DNA from: Eubacteriales bacterium
Lineage (GTDB): Bacteria; Bacillota; Clostridia; Christensenellales; CAG-917
DNA: 64,000 bases
Assembly (NCBI GenBank): GCA_035449045.1
Contig: DAOTKC010000004.1
Span: 4,414 to 68,413 of the forward strand
Direction of reading: 5' to 3'
Part shown: positions 36,239 to 44,641 of the stretch, in pieces
Numbering within the stretch: position 1 is the first letter of the stretch
How the letters are laid out: each line of letters begins with the position of its first letter
Program-made: the position numbers and the translations under genes
The notes under the pieces: generated by a model
The model's input: only the letters and a program-made list of their open reading frames with translations
What the model was told of the DNA's origin: nothing
Database searches by the model: none

Positions 36239-37669
36239 ATGGAAACGATATTTGAAAAAAGCGTAAAAGGACGGCGCACCGATTATATCGGAGCCTCCGC
36301 ACTTGCCGAGTATAAGCTCGACGATAAATTTTTGAGCGAGTCTACGCCCGAGCTTCCCGAAATGGCCGAGGTCGATTTAGTCCGCCACTACACCGAGCTC
36401 TCCAGGCGCGCCTTCGGAGTCGACAACGGGTTTTATCCCTTGGGAAGCTGCACCATGAAATACAACCCCAAGCTCGGCGAGGCGGCGGCGGCACTGCCCG
36501 GCTTTACCGCAGTCCATCCGCTTCAGGACGTTGAAGACGTTCAGGGCGCGGCCGAGCTTATGTATCGCTTAGGAAAAAGCCTTGGCGAAATCACCGGCAT
36601 GGACGCCTTTGCGCTTACGCCCGCGGCGGGCGCGCACGGCGAGCTGACCGGCCTTAAGATAATCAAGGCCTATCACGAGTCGCGCGGCGACTTTGACCGC
36701 GTCAAAATCCTCTGCCCCGACTCGGCGCACGGCACCAATCCCGCAAGCGCCGCGCTTGCCGGCCTTTCGGTCGTCAACATTCCCTCTTACTCGGACGGCG
36801 GCGTCGACCTTGCGGCGCTTGAGGCCGCTGCCGCGGAAGGCGGTATTGCCGGTCTTATGCTCACCAACCCCAACACGCTCGGCATGTTCGAGAAAAACAT
36901 TAAAAAAATCGAGGAAATTGTGCACGGCGCGGGCGGCCTGCTCTACTACGACGGCGCAAACTTAAATGCTATTATGGGCGTGGCGCGTCCCGGCGATATG
37001 GGCTTTGACGTCGTCCACCTCAACCTTCACAAGACCTTTGCGACGCCTCACGGCGGCGGCGGGCCGGGCTCCGGTCCGGTGGGCTGCAAGGCCGCATTAG
37101 CCGAGTTTCTGCCCTCGCCCGTGGTTATAAAGGAAGGCGGAAAATACCGCTTTGCCGCGCCAAAGAAAACTATCGGCAGAATGAAGTGCTTTTTCGGCAA
37201 TTTCCTCGTCATGGTCAAGGCCTATTCCTATATTCTTTCGCTGGGCGGCGACGGCTTGAAGCAGGCGTCCGAGCTCGCCGTGCTCAACGCGAACTACCTA
37301 AAATCCAAGCTTTCCGAAATCGACTATCTGCCGAAAAGATATTGCATGCACGAGTTCGTGGCGAGCCTAGAGAGCTTCAAGGCCAAAACGGGAGTGTCGG
37401 CGCTTGACGTTGCCAAAGCCATGATTGATATCGGCATCCATCCGCCCACCATGTATTTCCCCCTCATCGTAAAGGAAGCGCTCATGTTCGAGCCGACGGA
37501 AACGGAATCCAAAGAGACGCTGAGCGCCGCCGCGGGCAAAATCCTGTCCATTCTCCGCGAGGCCGAGACAGACTCCGAAAAGTTCCACCACGTTCCCTTG
37601 AGCGCGCCGATTTCCCGCCCCGACGAAGTCCGCGCCGCCCGCACACCCATCCTCAAAGCGGACGATTAA
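36239..37669 (+). CDS. gcvPB: glycine dehydrogenase (decarboxylating) subunit 2
   Basis: PLGSCTMKYNP, PLP-lysine region HLNLHKTFATPHGGGGPG. Confidence 0.95.
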   Translation: METIFEKSVKGRRTDYIGASALAEYKLDDKFLSESTPELPEMAEVDLVRHYTELSRRAFGVDNGFYPLGSCTMKYNPKLGEAAAALPGFTAVHPLQDVEDVQGAAELMYRLGKSLGEITGMDAFALTPAAGAHGELTGLKIIKAYHESRGDFDRVKILCPDSAHGTNPASAALAGLSVVNIPSYSDGGVDLAALEAAAAEGGIAGLMLTNPNTLGMFEKNIKKIEEIVHGAGGLLYYDGANLNAIMGVARPGDMGFDVVHLNLHKTFATPHGGGGPGSGPVGCKAALAEFLPSPVVIKEGGKYRFAAPKKTIGRMKCFFGNFLVMVKAYSYILSLGGDGLKQASELAVLNANYLKSKLSEIDYLPKRYCMHEFVASLESFKAKTGVSALDVAKAMIDIGIHPPTMYFPLIVKEALMFEPTETESKETLSAAAGKILSILREAETDSEKFHHVPLSAPISRPDEVRAARTPILKADD

Positions 37670-37718
37670 GCCGATTTCGGGCAAAAGCTAACTCGACCCC
37701 GTCCAAATATCATATTTT

Positions 37719-37750
37719 AGCCGCCGCTTCGGGCGGCTTATATTTTTATA
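37719..37750 (+). terminator. gcvPB terminator
   Basis: AGCCGCC-GCTTCG-GGCGGCT followed by TATATTTTT. Confidence 0.7.
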
Positions 37751-37837
37751 AAGAAAATATAACTTTATAAATCCAATCAAAAACGCCTAAAACATAATGT
37801 TTACATAATAGTAAAATACATATAAATACATTTGGGC

Positions 37838-37866
37838 GTGACAAATGTCGAATTTAGACGTATAAT
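37838..37866 (+). promoter_or_regulatory. predicted promoter of the chromate transporter gene: GTGACA-17-TATAAT
   Basis: GTGACA at 37838-37843; TATAAT at 37861-37866. Confidence 0.4.
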
Positions 37867-37885
37867 AAATACATTAGGGTTTTCT

Positions 37886-38731
37886 ATGGACGAGGCGTTG
37901 AAAAAATCCAAGCTCAAACTGCTCTGGCGGCTTTTTTACGAAACGGCCCTGATTTCGGCGTTGACTTTGGGCGGCGGCTATGTCATCATTTCCCTCATTA
38001 AGAAAAAATTTGTCGAAAAACTCAAATGGATTGGCGAAGACGAGATGCTCGATATTCTGGCGGTCGCGCAATCGGCGCCCGGCGCTATGGCAATCAACTG
38101 CTCCATTCTTGTCGGCTATCGCTTGGCGGGAATTTGGGGCGCGCTGACGGCGGTATTCGCAACCGCGCTTCCGCCCTTCGTCATTATTGTCGCGGTATCG
38201 CTGATATACAGGCTGGTCCGCGACAGCAAGGTGATGGACGCTTTAATGCTGGGCATTCAGGCCGGAATAGCCGCCGTCATAGTGAGCGTAGTCATAGATA
38301 TGTCGGCAGCAATTCTCAAAAAGAAAAGCTATATTTCGCTTGCAGTCATGCTTATTTCGTTTGCAATTATCGTTGCATTCAAGGTTCACGTCGGCTTCAT
38401 CATCTTAGGCTGTGTCGCCCTCGGCATTATCATTACTCTGATAAAATCAAAAAAGCCGAAAAACGCAGAAAAAGCTCAGAACGCACAAGCTGCCGACGGC
38501 GAAGAAGCGCCCGATTTAAAGGGAGAAACCGCCGAAAACGCCGAAATCGGCGCCAAAACCGCTGAAATTTCAGAGAACATCGAAAATCCGGCTTGCGAAA
38601 ATCTTCAAAAAGCCGACTCGGAAAATGCGGATAAAATCAACGAGAGCGAAGCGGCTTGCCAAAATCAAGCCTGTTCGGATTGCGCTATTGACTTAAAAAC
38701 TTCTGAAACCGAAGATAGCGACGAAAACTAA
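37886..38731 (+). CDS. chromate transporter (ChrA family) half-protein 1 with an about 95-aa acidic C-terminal tail
   Basis: LTLGGGYVIISLIKKKFVEKLKWIGEDEMLDILAVAQSAPGAMAIN. Start is uncertain: ATG at 37886, while the track ORF starts at 37832. Confidence 0.8.
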   Translation: MDEALKKSKLKLLWRLFYETALISALTLGGGYVIISLIKKKFVEKLKWIGEDEMLDILAVAQSAPGAMAINCSILVGYRLAGIWGALTAVFATALPPFVIIVAVSLIYRLVRDSKVMDALMLGIQAGIAAVIVSVVIDMSAAILKKKSYISLAVMLISFAIIVAFKVHVGFIILGCVALGIIITLIKSKKPKNAEKAQNAQAADGEEAPDLKGETAENAEIGAKTAEISENIENPACENLQKADSENADKINESEAACQNQACSDCAIDLKTSETEDSDEN

Positions 38732-39160
38732 AAAACTCCGAGTGACGGCTCGGGAACAAAATGACTTTGAGAAGAACTATATATGCCCCGGCGCAAAGCG
38801 CAACGCCTTAGGCCGATGTAAAGCAGTAGAAAACTTAAAATATCAACAAAAAGCGCGCTAGCACGAAAATACAGAAGTTCGCAAAAGTTACGAATTAGCG
38901 CAAAAAAGACCAAGCATTTAAAAACCGCAAACGGAGCTGCAAAACTCCCATAAGGCGCAAAGCAAACGGATTATGCCGGCTATTAAGCAAGCCTCTAGGT
39001 TTATAGTTGCTTCGTAAATAGCCGAAACCTTGCAATCCGGATTGCCGCGCGCGGTGCGGAAAGCATAAGACGCTATCGAATAGCGGTATTAAAAAATAAG
39101 TATTATATTAACAAAATAGGTCTTTTCTAAAAAAGCAGAAAACGGACTTAGCGGCAAAAA

Positions 39161-39739
39161 ATGATATATCTAAAATTGTTTTGGGCGTTTTTCCAAATAG
39201 GAATCATGAGCTTCGGAGGCGGGCTGTCTTCGCTACTGCTTGTGCAGCAGCAGACGGTCGACATCTATGGCTGGCTCACTCTTTCGGAATACGCCGACAT
39301 TGTGACGATAGCCGAAATGACGCCCGGCCCAATCGGGCTCAACGCCGCGACTTTCTCGGGCATGCAAATAGGCGGAATTTTAGGGGCTATCATTTCAACT
39401 TTCGCCTACATTTTGCCCGCATTTGTAATTGTCTTGCTTCTAGCCTTTCTGTTCTATCGCTATAAAAACTTAAAAGGCGTCCGCATCGTAGTCGACACCA
39501 TGAAGCCTGCCGTGGTAGCATTTGTCGCTGCGGCCGGTCTTTCAATTCTGCTCTTGGCGTTTTTCGGCACCAACAACTTAAAAGCGCTAAGCTTTAAAAA
39601 CTTCAACTATGCTTCGGTCGGGCTGTTTGTCGCGGGGCTAATAGCGCTTCGGCTGTTCAAAAAGGTCAATCCCGTTTTCATAATTTTAGGCGCCGGCCTC
39701 GTCGGCCTTGCCGTCTATCAATTTGTCCCCCTGCCGTAA
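39161..39739 (+). CDS. chromate transporter (ChrA family) half-protein 2
   Basis: FQIGIMSFGGGLSSLLLVQQQTVDIYGWLTLSEYADIVTIAEMTPGPIGLN. Confidence 0.8.
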   Translation: MIYLKLFWAFFQIGIMSFGGGLSSLLLVQQQTVDIYGWLTLSEYADIVTIAEMTPGPIGLNAATFSGMQIGGILGAIISTFAYILPAFVIVLLLAFLFYRYKNLKGVRIVVDTMKPAVVAFVAAAGLSILLLAFFGTNNLKALSFKNFNYASVGLFVAGLIALRLFKKVNPVFIILGAGLVGLAVYQFVPLP

Positions 39740-40200
39740 ATTCCCTTTTTAAGCTTTCCTTGCAGTTTAAATCGGACGCCACATATTTGCCGCTCGTTAA
39801 GCGGCCTGTTCTCAAATGCACGAAGCATAAATAGACTCGCGTAAGCGTTCGCGTCCGCAAAAGCAGACTCCTTAACAGCAGCATACCCTTGAAACTCGCA
39901 TTAGCGTTCCGCGCCGAGGAGCCGAACCACGCCGCGCGCTATATATCGAGCGGAATAATTGTGACGACGCGCCGAGTTTACCTTGCGAGCAAAATCACCG
40001 TTAAACGAACAATTGACACGCACTCGGCTAATCTATACCCTCATTCTAAAAACCGGAATGCTCAATACCTATTTTTTAATTCACTAAGCCCGCTACAAAT
40101 CATTCAACCGCGAGCCACGGGAACTCCGTCGCGAACCCGGATTCACAACACAAACAAAAATCGCGGTAATTTTCGACATATTTTCGCAAATTACTTGCCG

Positions 40201-40216
40201 TGTTTCACGTGGAACA
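40201..40216. promoter_or_regulatory. parS-like site TGTTTCACGTGGAACA
   Basis: 15/16 match to the Firmicutes parS consensus TGTTNCACGTGAAACA. Confidence 0.7.
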
Positions 40217-40911
40217 ATTTGTAGAAAAACGCCCATATTATCGTGACTTTCTGGCGCTTTTAGGATAAAAACAGTGCATTTTTTGTTTTATGGGTCGCAG
40301 CGCGTCGGACCGTGGCTAAAAACGCCGCGCGTCGCCGCAAAAAGCCCGAGCTCGCATAAAAAAGCCGCCTGCTTTCCCGAATGCGTGAGGGTTCGCCGAG
40401 GATAAGCTCGCCCGAGGTCGTCTTTGCGGCAAAACGCCAAAAACACTCATATCCACACAAAAGCCCCGTTCGATGATAAAAGGGCGGCCTTTCCGCCTAA
40501 TCGAGTCCGGCAACCACCCCTTTTGCTCCGAGCGGATTTAGCGCTCCGGATTACTCTTAAATAGGGCTTTTGCCTGCCCGCCTTGCGCCATGACGACCTT
40601 ACTTAACTAATTTCGTCCCGAAAGGACGATTTAATGCACTCTTGTGGTTGCAGTAGCGAACAAATTACGCCTCTTTGCCCCCTAAATGGCTAAAATGATT
40701 ATAATTGCAGTTAAATAGGCCGCGATTGCGTTTATTTGCCTTGTGTGCAGGGCGATACAGGCCCATTTTCTCGTGCAATCCGGTCTTCTTCCAATGCCTC
40801 GCCAAAGGTAAATTAAGACGCGCTAACCTTCCGGCGTCCCAGGTCTCTTGCGCGCGTGTAATAAACCTCGAAAGCGGCTTGAAAATCTCTATTTTTTGTA
40901 GAATATTTATA

Positions 40912-40927
40912 TGTTCCACGTGGAACT
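40912..40927. promoter_or_regulatory. parS-like site TGTTCCACGTGGAACT (perfect 14-bp palindrome GTTCCACGTGGAAC)
   Basis: 14/16 match to the parS consensus. Its right half-site is the same as that of the 40201 site. Confidence 0.65.
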
Positions 40928-40942
40928 ATTTTGGGGACAAAT

Positions 40943-40958
40943 TGTTTCACGCGAAACA
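40943..40958. promoter_or_regulatory. parS-like site TGTTTCACGCGAAACA
   Basis: 15/16 match to the parS consensus. It lies 15 bp after the previous site. Confidence 0.65.
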
Positions 40959-41266
40959 TCGCAAATTTTATTTTTCGCGCTTTTTAGGACAAAATAGGGA
41001 CAAGCCGCACAAAAGTAGGTTAAACATAGGAAAAACACTTGAAAATCCGCTACCATTTTAGGGAGTTATGGGAAGTGGAAATGTGGAAAAATAAAAAATT
41101 TCTTTCTTCGTGTTTTTTCACAGCAAAAAATATAGAGCTTTCTTCGTGTAATTTAAGAGCATGTTTTTTTAATGAATTTTAAGCTTATTCATGAATATAA
41201 AAATGGCCGTTTGGACATGCTTATTTTAAGATATTTTTGGAGGCATTTTTTTTGAAAGGAAAGCAT

Positions 41267-41419
41267 ATGATGACTGTTTGCGCTGGTTGCGGAAGCCCAA
41301 TTGATCCTGAAAGCGCCTCAAAATGTCCTATGTGCGGCAATGCGTATTGCCCTACCTGCACGAGTTCGGCTAATAAAATATGCAGTCATTGCTCGTCGGA
41401 AACCAAGTTTTTGCATTGA
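41267..41419 (+). CDS. small Cys-rich protein (50 aa), putative double zinc ribbon
   Basis: MMTVCAGCGSPIDPESASKCPMCGNAYCPTCTSSANKICSHCSS has four CxxC pairs. AAAGGAAAG SD. A strong terminator follows. Confidence 0.5.
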   Translation: MMTVCAGCGSPIDPESASKCPMCGNAYCPTCTSSANKICSHCSSETKFLH

Positions 41420-41473
41420 CTGCGATTTAATCGGCGCATTTCTTCAGCGGAATTTTTAACTTTCTTATAGCGA

Positions 41474-41501
41474 AAAACGCGCTTCTGCGGCGCGTTTTTT
41501 T
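41474..41501 (+). terminator. terminator after the zinc-ribbon gene
   Basis: AACGCGC-TTCTGCG-GCGCGTTTTTTT. Confidence 0.8.
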
Positions 41502-41656
41502 AGTCTTTGTTCCACGATATTTTTTACCTTATATTATACTTTGTATAATATAAAATGCGAAATTTATCTTTGGGCGGTCTGCGGCGTTTGCTGCCTGCTC
41601 GCGAAACAGCCACTTATTTTCTCCCCACCAGATGTTTTCATCTGACGGGGACCTCG

Positions 41657-41840
41657 ATAAAGTTCGTGCGGGCTTATTTCGGGGTTCCCATTGAATGCCA
41701 GTCATCAATGGGGTAATTTCGAGCCTACATTCCCATCCCATATCTTAATTTCGCTGATTTGGAATTATGTTAACAAAACCCCTATCATTAAATTGCTCGG
41801 CGTTCCGCTTATAAAGCTCGTGCGGGCTTATTTCGGGGTT
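41657..41840. repeat. pair of 30-bp direct repeats (ATAAAG(T/C)TCGTGCGGGCTTATTTCGGGGTT) spaced 154 bp apart
   Basis: Copies at 41657-41686 and 41811-41840, with 1 mismatch. Confidence 0.9.
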
Positions 41841-41850
41841 TGACAAGGAT

Positions 41851-43233
41851 TTAATGGGGGTAAGTTAGGGTTAAGGTTGCAGAGAGGGAGTAATGGTATT
41901 CTTTGCAGGCGGTGACCTTAACGGTGTAGGTTTGACCCGAAACGACGAAGAATGAAATGTCAAAAGAGTTGTCGGTAAGGTCGGTTGCGATTATGATGCC
42001 GTTTAAAGATACCGAGTAGACGGCGCCCACTATTTCGTCCCAGCTTAAAAACGCGCCGTCCACGGCAAGCGAAAATGTTTGGGTGATGTCAAGATAGGTG
42101 CAATAGGTCATTTCCGCCGAATTCTCGGACTCGCGGCTTTCCAAAACGTGTTTAAGCGATATGCGGTGCTCGCCCGCCGCACTTAGGAGTTCGCCCGGGA
42201 TTTTAAATTTGAAAGAGCCGTCGTCTTGAGAAATAAGAGCATCGCGCTCGATGGCATAATCTTCGCCGTCAATAATCAGAGAAATTTCGGCATAAGAAGC
42301 GGACTCGAAGAAATACACGTAAACGCCGTCGTCGCCGATAAACAGCCCGAGGGGAAGGGGCGGCGGCAGGGGACGGTCATAAAAAATTGTCACGATGTTT
42401 GATGTGATGCTGTATTTGGCGCCCGAAGGCAAAAGCCCGCAAACGACCAAATAGACTTGGTGTTCGCCGTCGCAATCCGCATAATCCGCGATATCGAAGC
42501 CCGACGCCGCGCCTAGGTAGGCTTGGCCGTCTAAATAGAGTGTAAGGCCTAAAGCTCCCTCAGGAGTTTGCCAAATAACGCGCGTGCCCGAGGCTTGAAC
42601 AACAACTTCGGGCGGCTCTTCGGTCACGCCCTCCGCCTCGAAGTATGCCGCAATTTCGGTATTTTTAACGATAATAAAGGTATATTCGGCGTTTTCAGAA
42701 ACTTGCGCGCCGCTCATTGTCCAATGCGAAAAGCGGTAACCAAGATCGGGAACGGCGGTAAGCGTTATCTCGGCGGCGAGCAAGGCGCCGCTCGCCAAAA
42801 GCTCGATTTCACCGCAAAACTCGGCGCCGTCAAAAAGTATTTTGCCGCCGTCCGGCACCGCTATCGTGACGGTATACTTAATGTCGTCGGCCTCTTCGCT
42901 CTTTGTTGCGGCTATGACTATATCGGCGGCGTCGCCGAATACGTCGTATTTCGGGATATCGTAGCCTTCTTTACCGAAAGTAAGCGTTGACGGGCAGGGG
43001 ATGCCGTTGAGCAAGAAATGCCCGTCCAGGTCGGTTGCAGCGGCAAAACTGCCGTCGACAAAAACCGAAACGCCCGAAAGGCCTTCGTCTTCACAGCTCA
43101 CTCTGCCCGATACCGTTACCGTCTTATCAAGAAAGTCCTCACCGCCGTCCTCCGCTTGGCAGGACGCCGCCGCCAAAATGAAAACCGCCAAAACCAGCGC
43201 GGCAAGCATTAATTTTAGGACGAGCTTTTTCAT
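41851..43233 (-). CDS. surface lipoprotein with a CarboxypepD_reg-like domain, a GYxFxxW-type repeat and FN3-like domains
   Basis: MKKLVLKLMLAALVLAVFILAAASC lipobox. VSGRVSCEDEGLSGVSVFVDG...DGHFLLNGIP. LTAVPDLGYRFSHWTMSG. The start ATG at 43233 overlaps the upstream stop (ATGA). Confidence 0.7.
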   Translation of the reverse strand: MKKLVLKLMLAALVLAVFILAAASCQAEDGGEDFLDKTVTVSGRVSCEDEGLSGVSVFVDGSFAAATDLDGHFLLNGIPCPSTLTFGKEGYDIPKYDVFGDAADIVIAATKSEEADDIKYTVTIAVPDGGKILFDGAEFCGEIELLASGALLAAEITLTAVPDLGYRFSHWTMSGAQVSENAEYTFIIVKNTEIAAYFEAEGVTEEPPEVVVQASGTRVIWQTPEGALGLTLYLDGQAYLGAASGFDIADYADCDGEHQVYLVVCGLLPSGAKYSITSNIVTIFYDRPLPPPLPLGLFIGDDGVYVYFFESASYAEISLIIDGEDYAIERDALISQDDGSFKFKIPGELLSAAGEHRISLKHVLESRESENSAEMTYCTYLDITQTFSLAVDGAFLSWDEIVGAVYSVSLNGIIIATDLTDNSFDISFFVVSGQTYTVKVTACKEYHYSLSATLTLTYPH

Positions 43234-44339
43234 AGCCGCCCCCTCTGCCTTCGCGCCACACATAAAGCCGATAAAACGGCGGCCGCCGCTACCGGAAGAA
43301 AGAGAAATAAAAGCGCACAGCTGACGTCGCGGCCGCCTGTTTGCTTGCCGGCGTCAAATTGCGATGACGCATCCGCGCCTAAACCGGCTGAAAAATTTGG
43401 GCTGTCAAGGTTTTTCAAGCCAATATTGCCGCTTGCGGTATGTTCGGAATTTAAAAGCGTTGAGGCGTCAAAACCATCGGGAATTAAAAGCTCGGCGGGA
43501 GCGGAATCGGCAAAAATGCCATTGAAATTTTTCGCGATGACCAAAATTTTTTGCGACGAAAAAGCGGATTCGGAAAGGTTTACATAGTGATTTTCGGTCG
43601 TGAGGTTGAAGCTTTCGACGGAATTCTGCCAAGAAACCGCATAACCGTCGGCGTTAGCGACCGCCGACCAGCTCAAGTATACCGCTCCCGAAACAAGACA
43701 AAGATTGAGGTTTTTGGGAGCATCCAAGCTCGGAAGAAAATCGAAAAATAGAAGCGCTTCTTCGGAATCCTCATAATATTTGGAGCCGCCGAGCGCTTTT
43801 ACGGAAATTTTATAGCGGGCGCGCTCCGAAAAGCTTAGCCTTAAGGACGGCTCGGCCGCAAAAAATTTGACCGTCCCGAGCGCCGAACTTTCGACGGACA
43901 CCGATATTTCATAGCCCGCCGCCTCCGCTTGATTGTTCCAAACTAAAAAACCGTCCGAAAGCCTGAGATTTTCGGGCATGGCAAGCTTTTTTACAAAATC
44001 GTAGTTTATCGAAAGATAGGGCGAAAAATCGGCCTCACCGCTTTCTTTTGCCAAAACCGAAATGACGTAAGTTTTAGGAACCTGTAAAAGCGCGGTTATC
44101 GCCACTCTGCACGACGCGCACGCCTCAATCATAACGCCGTCTACCGAAAGCTTATAAACCGCGATAGACGATTTGGGCGTCCAGACGGCATAATATTTAT
44201 CATCCTCGACTTGAATACTAAGAACGGGTGATTCCGCTTTTGCGATATTCCGAGCGTCCGTGAAAAATATTGAAAAAACCAAAATTACGGCAACTGAAAA
44301 AAGGGCGATACTCAATAAAATTTTGCGTCCCCTGGCCAT
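43230..44339 (-). CDS. cell-surface protein with three FN3-like repeats and a C-terminal hydrophobic anchor with a basic tail
   Basis: N-terminal signal/anchor ILLSIALFSVAVILVFSIFF. Repeats show the pattern P.NL.L..G.L.W...A.A.GY.(I/V)S. The C-terminus is ...DAGKQTGGRDVSCALLFLFLPVAAAAVLSALCVARRQRGRL. Confidence 0.65.
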   Translation of the reverse strand: MARGRKILLSIALFSVAVILVFSIFFTDARNIAKAESPVLSIQVEDDKYYAVWTPKSSIAVYKLSVDGVMIEACASCRVAITALLQVPKTYVISVLAKESGEADFSPYLSINYDFVKKLAMPENLRLSDGFLVWNNQAEAAGYEISVSVESSALGTVKFFAAEPSLRLSFSERARYKISVKALGGSKYYEDSEEALLFFDFLPSLDAPKNLNLCLVSGAVYLSWSAVANADGYAVSWQNSVESFNLTTENHYVNLSESAFSSQKILVIAKNFNGIFADSAPAELLIPDGFDASTLLNSEHTASGNIGLKNLDSPNFSAGLGADASSQFDAGKQTGGRDVSCALLFLFLPVAAAAVLSALCVARRQRGRL

Positions 44340-44385
44340 AATTTCTCCTAAGTAAAAAGATAAAAAACCCTAACAGTCAAATTTA

Positions 44386-44414
44386 TTATATCGCCGGTAA
44401 AGCACAAACGCAAC
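44386..44414 (-). promoter_or_regulatory. predicted promoter of the surface-protein operon: TTGCGT-17-TATAAT
   Basis: The reverse complement of 44409-44414 is TTGCGT. The reverse complement of 44386-44391 is TATAAT. Confidence 0.4.
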
Positions 44415-44455
44415 CAAAATTAAAACCCGCGCCATTCCCGAAAGCGTGGGCGCTC

Positions 44456-44492
44456 AAACAAAAACCCCGCTTTATACCAAGCGGGGTTTTTT
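44456..44492 (-). terminator. terminator after the M28-like gene (also works on the + strand)
   Basis: AAAAACCCCGC-TTTATACCAA-GCGGGGTTTTTT. Confidence 0.75.
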
Positions 44493-44641
44493 AACTTTGC
44501 TTTCTAGCTCGTTTTTTTTCGGCTCTCGATCGCGCTAAAAAGTAATTTGCGTTTTTGCACTAAATTTGCATTTTGCGTTCCAGACATGATATAAAGTCTT
44601 TCGACTCAGTCTAACTTGGCAATTACGCATATTTCTTGATT

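Noticed and set aside
40634-40693. 19-codon ORF MHSCGCSSEQITPLCPLNG with a weak AAGGA upstream (a possible Cys-rich peptide or RiPP precursor)
   Set aside because: It is too short to evaluate, has no modification or transport genes nearby, and lies in a region where many such tiny ORFs occur by chance.
39740-41236. The 1.5-kb ORF-free region as the replication origin
   Set aside because: It contains only two decent DnaA-box-like words (ATATCCACA near 40449 and TGTGGAAAA near 41084) and no trio or AT-rich unwinding module. The dnaA-dnaN spacer is a much better oriC candidate.
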